Source of the DNA: Hormiphora californensis
Taxonomy: Eukaryota; Animalia; Ctenophora
Length of the DNA: 64,000 nt
Direction of reading: 5' to 3'
Assembly: GCA_020137815.1 (NCBI GenBank)
Contig: CM035350.1
Location: forward strand, 8,246,001-8,310,000
Shown: positions 59,904-64,000 of the stretch, piece by piece
Layout of the letters: each line of letters starts with the position of its first letter
How positions within the stretch are numbered: the stretch's first letter is position 1
The notes under the pieces: model-generated
Told to the model about the DNA's origin: nothing
The model's database searches: none
The model's input: only the letters and a program-made list of their open reading frames with translations
Program-made: the position numbers and the translations under genes

Positions 59904-61356
59904 TTTTTTTTTTTTTTTGGGGGGTTTTTGTTTTTTTTTTTTTTTTCCCCCTGGAAACAAAAAACTTTCGCGGGGCCTTTTTTTTAAAAGAATTTTAGTT
60001 TTTTTTTTAACCCCAAAATTTTAAACCCCCAAATAAAAAAAAAACCCCCCCAAACAAAAATTTAAGTAAACCAAAATACCCGGTCATTGTTATTAAAAAA
60101 TTTTCCAAATGTTAAAAAGGGGTGGGGTTTTTTATAATCAGTCTCGTCTTCTTGTAGTCAATTCCTGAATGGGGTCAAAGAGAGCTGTGCAAGGGAAAAG
60201 AGAATGTTTCAACTGAATAACTACTTTTCAAACCCTCTTTTTTCTTCCACGTTCCCTCTCTTTCCTTTTAAAAGACTTCCTTTGAAACCTTTTTCCCCCC
60301 TAAAGTTAAATTTTCCTTTTTCCAATTCTTCTCTTAACCAAATTTTTTCCCAAAAATTTTCCATTTTTTTCGCCCCTTTTTTTCCCTTTTTAAACCCTTT
60401 TTTTTCCCCCTTTTTTCCCTTTTCCTAATTTTTCAAACGATCCCTTTTTTCCTTTTTTCTTTTATCTCCCCCCTTAATTTTTCCCCCTTTTTTTTTAGTT
60501 TTTAATTTGTAATAACTATCTACACCAGGGCGGCTTTCAGCAACTTGGCCCCAGTTAAAGTTAACAGCGAAATATTTGGGGGAAAGGGGTCTTAAAATTT
60601 TAGTCGGGGGTTTTAGCCCCATTTTAAAAAGCAAAGCTAACAATTTTGTTGTTTTACCGACAAAACTAATGGGGGGGCCGGGGGGACAATGAGTGATTGT
60701 AAAGATTGAGATACAGTTGGTGTACTATTTAAAGCTATGCACACGGTCACTAACCACTGTTACTACTGACTGTAGCCCAGACTAATGACCTCATATCCGT
60801 GCTGCTACACCCCCTCCTACTCCATCTCATATGCTACACCCCCACCCTCCACGAGATGGACCACTCCATCCCATATTTGACCCAACTAAATGGTTTTTTA
60901 CCTATGGTTGTAGAAAGATTGGAGGCGAACTTGCTTTCGGTAAACTGAACCAAGAGTGAACTTTTACCTACTCCACTGTCACCTAAGAATAAGTTAAAAA
61001 ATGTCATGAAATGGGGGTTGGGGAATACAAATGAAAGAAAATATTCTCTTGGCATCCTTGGTATTTAACACGCTTGGTAGCTCAGCTTGATAGCTCAGCT
61101 TGTAACAAAAGTTAAACACTCGTACCCTCTCAACACCTTACCCAGCGAGAATTAGCTTAATCAACCGTTCTCTCACCACTTTTCTCTTCTTGCTTTCTCA
61201 CCCATCCCGTCTCTCTCCATCTAGATGGAGAGAGATGCATCCGTATCTCTCTCCCTCAACATGTGTCTCGCCTTGTGACAGCCTCTCTCTCTCTTCCTAC
61301 AACACCCCCTTCTTACCTAGAAGGATAACTTTAAAGCGAGTTACGTCATCCAGCAT
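55505..61356 (-). CDS. Rab-family small GTPase, about 8 exons (exon 3 lies in low-quality sequence)
   Basis: Exons 61356-61317, 60982-60902, ~60524-?, 58944-58884, 56452-56288, 56137-56072, 55897-55826, 55594-55505. Motifs FKVILLGDSGVGKSS, TTIGVD, WDTAGQERYRTLT, GVILMY, IIGNKCD, FMESSAK and C-terminal CCTQ. Confidence 0.88.
56552..56682. repeat. 131-bp near-perfect palindrome (hairpin MITE-like) in a Rab intron
   Basis: tgaggaagttttgttttctcctt..ggctggacaaaatgagtagacggggtttttattgtag / ctacaataaaacccccgtctactcattttgtccagcc..aaggagaaaacaaaacttcctca, with a 7-nt loop. Confidence 0.85.
57105..58492. mobile_element. Foldback DNA transposon with 8-bp TSD and GG termini (Merlin-like), in a Rab intron
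   Basis: Arms 57105-57744 and 57892-58492 are inverted copies. TSD ggttctag at 57097-57104 and 58493-58500. Each arm has a subterminal 13-bp array (aaaaggctgcagW)n; the spacer is 147 bp. Confidence 0.9.
59200..60680. other. Low-quality, homopolymer-inflated assembly segment (also ~5060-5990, ~6600-7280 and ~62530-63900)
   Basis: Abrupt switch to long A/T/C/G runs, often next to microsatellites. Rab exon 3 (GVDSYYKL..) is visibly corrupted, and ~62580-62920 is a garbled copy of ~61620-61945. Confidence 0.8.
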
Positions 61357-62373
61357 CCTCGACTCCTCCTGCCTCTCATGTGTCGAGCTACGTTAAAATA
61401 CAACTTGTTAAACAGCTATTACTGTCTCAAAATGAAGAGGAGAGGGGAGAGAACCAAATACGCTACTAGGAGGATGAGATAGCAGCAGTGCAGTATTATA
61501 CTGAAGCAGTAGTGACTTGTAAAATGTAACACGGTCAAGCCAACACGCATCCAGACATTGTGGAAATAGCAATATTTCTGTATCTTAAAATGAATTCAAA
61601 CTCACTAAATTAGCACACCAAGACTATTGGCATTGAATATAATATGATACTGACGGTGCCCGGTGGCACTTGGCAGCGCTAAAGATAAATATTAGGGGAA
61701 GTTCATCTCTTTTCTTGACCTGTGCTTTTGTCCACTTTTGACCACATCATACTTTTGACTTCACCATACAAGCTAAGCCCTGGTCAAACCAAGTTCTTAG
61801 TTCAACTTACAAATAAAGTTTAGAGGGTAACAATTGCTAAAATACTACTACCAGTATAGAGTGAGACAATGAGGCCGACAGTTCAAGGCCGAGAAGAATC
61901 ACGTACAACTCGGCCACAAAACTAATCTAAATATCACTTTGTTTTCTTTGAATCATCAGATGGGTAGGTAACTGTTCATTCTTGGAATCTCTCTCTTCTT
62001 CCTAGATCAATATATCACGAAGCTCTCAAAAAGAATTTGAGAAAACACAAAATTCCATCTCGGGACATGTCTATGTTATTTCCTGAGAGCCCATTAATTC
62101 TCAGTATATGCTGAGTGCTATCTGATTGATTGATGGAAATACATGCTGCCTGATCAGATGTGTACGATGCAAGAAAAACATTGAGAGCCGTTCAGATCAC
62201 GACCCTAGTAATGCAGATGAATTCTTGGGACCCGTTTTTCTAGCGAAAAGTGAACGTGTATCGCTAGTAAAACTGCTTTCTACTGGGCGGTCCTGTGTAA
62301 AGGTTGTGTGTATACGAAGTATCGAGGAGTGCAAGCCACTTACGTCTCCAGCTGCTGTATCGACATAGTTAGA

Positions 62374-62425
<52 letters not shown>

Positions 62426-64000
62426 AGACGATCGTGAGATACGTCAGAGCGTAGAGCAACGCTAGCGATGTGCTCTCCGAGGCTAATGCAGCGTAGCTAG
62501 CCTGAAGGCCAAGAGATGCGACTCTCTCTCTCTTCCGAAACTATTGGGGTTTAAGCATTTAATAAACCCCATAGGTATAATGAAATTTCCCTTTGAAAAT
62601 ATGAAAAAGGGCCCTGCCTGGTGGGGCACTTGGGCCAAAGTTTAAACTTTAGGGGAGTTTCAATCTTCTCTTGACCTGGGCTTTTGACTCCTTTTGACCA
62701 AAAAAATGCCTTATTTTTTTTTGCCCCCCTTACTTTTTTCCCGGGGGAAAAACCCCCAACCCCAAATACACCTAACCCTATAAACCATTAAAAAAATAAA
62801 TTTTTAAAAGGGAAAATTTGCAAAATTTTCCTCCCATTTGGGGAAAATGGGGCCACTTGGGCCCGGGGAAGTTTCCCTTCAACCCCGGCCAAAAAACTAA
62901 TTAAAAATATACCCCTTTCCCCCTTTTTCGTTTTTAATTCTTTTCAGAGGGGAGGTTTTTTCCCCTTTCCCCCCGGGGAATCGCCCCTCCTTTCCTTTTT
63001 TTATACCCCTTTCCCCCCCCCGAGCGAAAAAACCCCCCCCCCCCCAAAATTCCCCCCAGCCCCCCATGCCCAGGAACCCCTGGGGAACCCCCCCTTAACA
63101 CCCAGGATAGGCTAGGCAACCCTGAAAAGAGGAAATAAAAATGGCTTCCTAAAAGAGGTACAAAAAAAAGGAAAAACAGAGAGGGCGGATTAAAAGATAA
63201 AAAAATCCCCCCCTTAAATGCAAGGAGAAATTTTTGGGGGCGGGCCGGCCCAACCCTCCCCGAAAAGGAGAGCCCGTAGGCAAAGAAACTGCCAGGCCGG
63301 GGGGCCGGGGGGAAAAAGGGTGGAAAAAAGAAAAAAAAGGGAAGGGGAAAAAAAGCAAGGCCCCCCGGGGCGGCGAAAAAAGGGAAAGAGGGGGAAAAGA
63401 GAGGGGGGAAGTTTCGGGGGGAAAAAGGGGGAGAAGCCGGGCAAGAGGGAGGGGGGAGAAAAGGGGAAAGAGAGAGGGGAGAGAGAGAGGGGGAGGCGAG
63501 GAAAAAGAAAAAGCGAGCGGAGGAGGGGAGAGAGACGGAAGGGGGGAGGGGAGAGGAGGGGAGGGGGGAGAAAAAGAAAAGGAGAGAAGAAGAAGAGGGG
63601 GAGAGAAGAGAGGGGAGGGGGGGGGGGGGAGGGAAAGAGAGAGAAAAGGGAGAAAAAAAGAGAGGGAGGGAGGAAAGAAGAAAGAGAAAAGGGGGGAAAA
63701 GAGGAGAGAGAAAAAGGGGGGGGAAAGGGGAAAAGGGGGGAGAGAGAGAAAAGGAAAAAGGGGAGAGAGAAAATAAGGGGAGAGGAAAAGAGGGGAGAGA
63801 GAGAGAGAGAGAGAGAGAGAAGCACGGAGGCCAAGTAACAGGATTAATGTAAAGGGGGGAAGGCCCCCCCCTCAAAAAGGGTAACCTGCATGAAAATACC
63901 GGGGATTTTAACACAACACTCTCTCCAATGCGCTTCCCTTGCAAGTTAGCTTCTAGAAAAGCAATAGTTTTTCCGACCTCGTGGTATTATACAGCAAATC

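Noticed and set aside
59239-63944. Long Lys/Gly- or Phe/Pro-rich ORFs (also 5174-5714 and 6652-7204)
   Set aside because: They lie in homopolymer-inflated, low-quality sequence.

Overview
Animal genomic DNA with GT-AG introns and abundant (AG)n microsatellites. A ctenophore or other early-branching marine animal is my inference, not something the sequence proves. Splicing exons by hand gives nine genes: a CaRF/ALS2CR8-domain transcription factor (-), two tandem ankyrin-TRP channel paralogs (-), a four-exon amidated neuropeptide precursor missed by the ORF track (+, predicted pyroGlu-FFDPNSFGV-amide), an orphan gene (+), a 75-aa secreted peptide gene (-), an intronless KIF28-like kinesin (+), a CFAP95/C9orf135 homolog (+) and a Rab GTPase (-). 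Mobile DNA includes a triple nest (TA-TSD MITE inside a 5-bp-TSD foldback element inside an RTE-type LINE), an intact GalEa-type Copia element, a Merlin-like foldback, a Helitron-like element and several hairpin MITEs. Four segments look like low-quality, homopolymer-inflated assembly. The most interesting signal is the head-to-head pairing of the neuropeptide gene with the TRP pair, whose pore turrets both carry an R-x-x-R|AAK convertase-like site.
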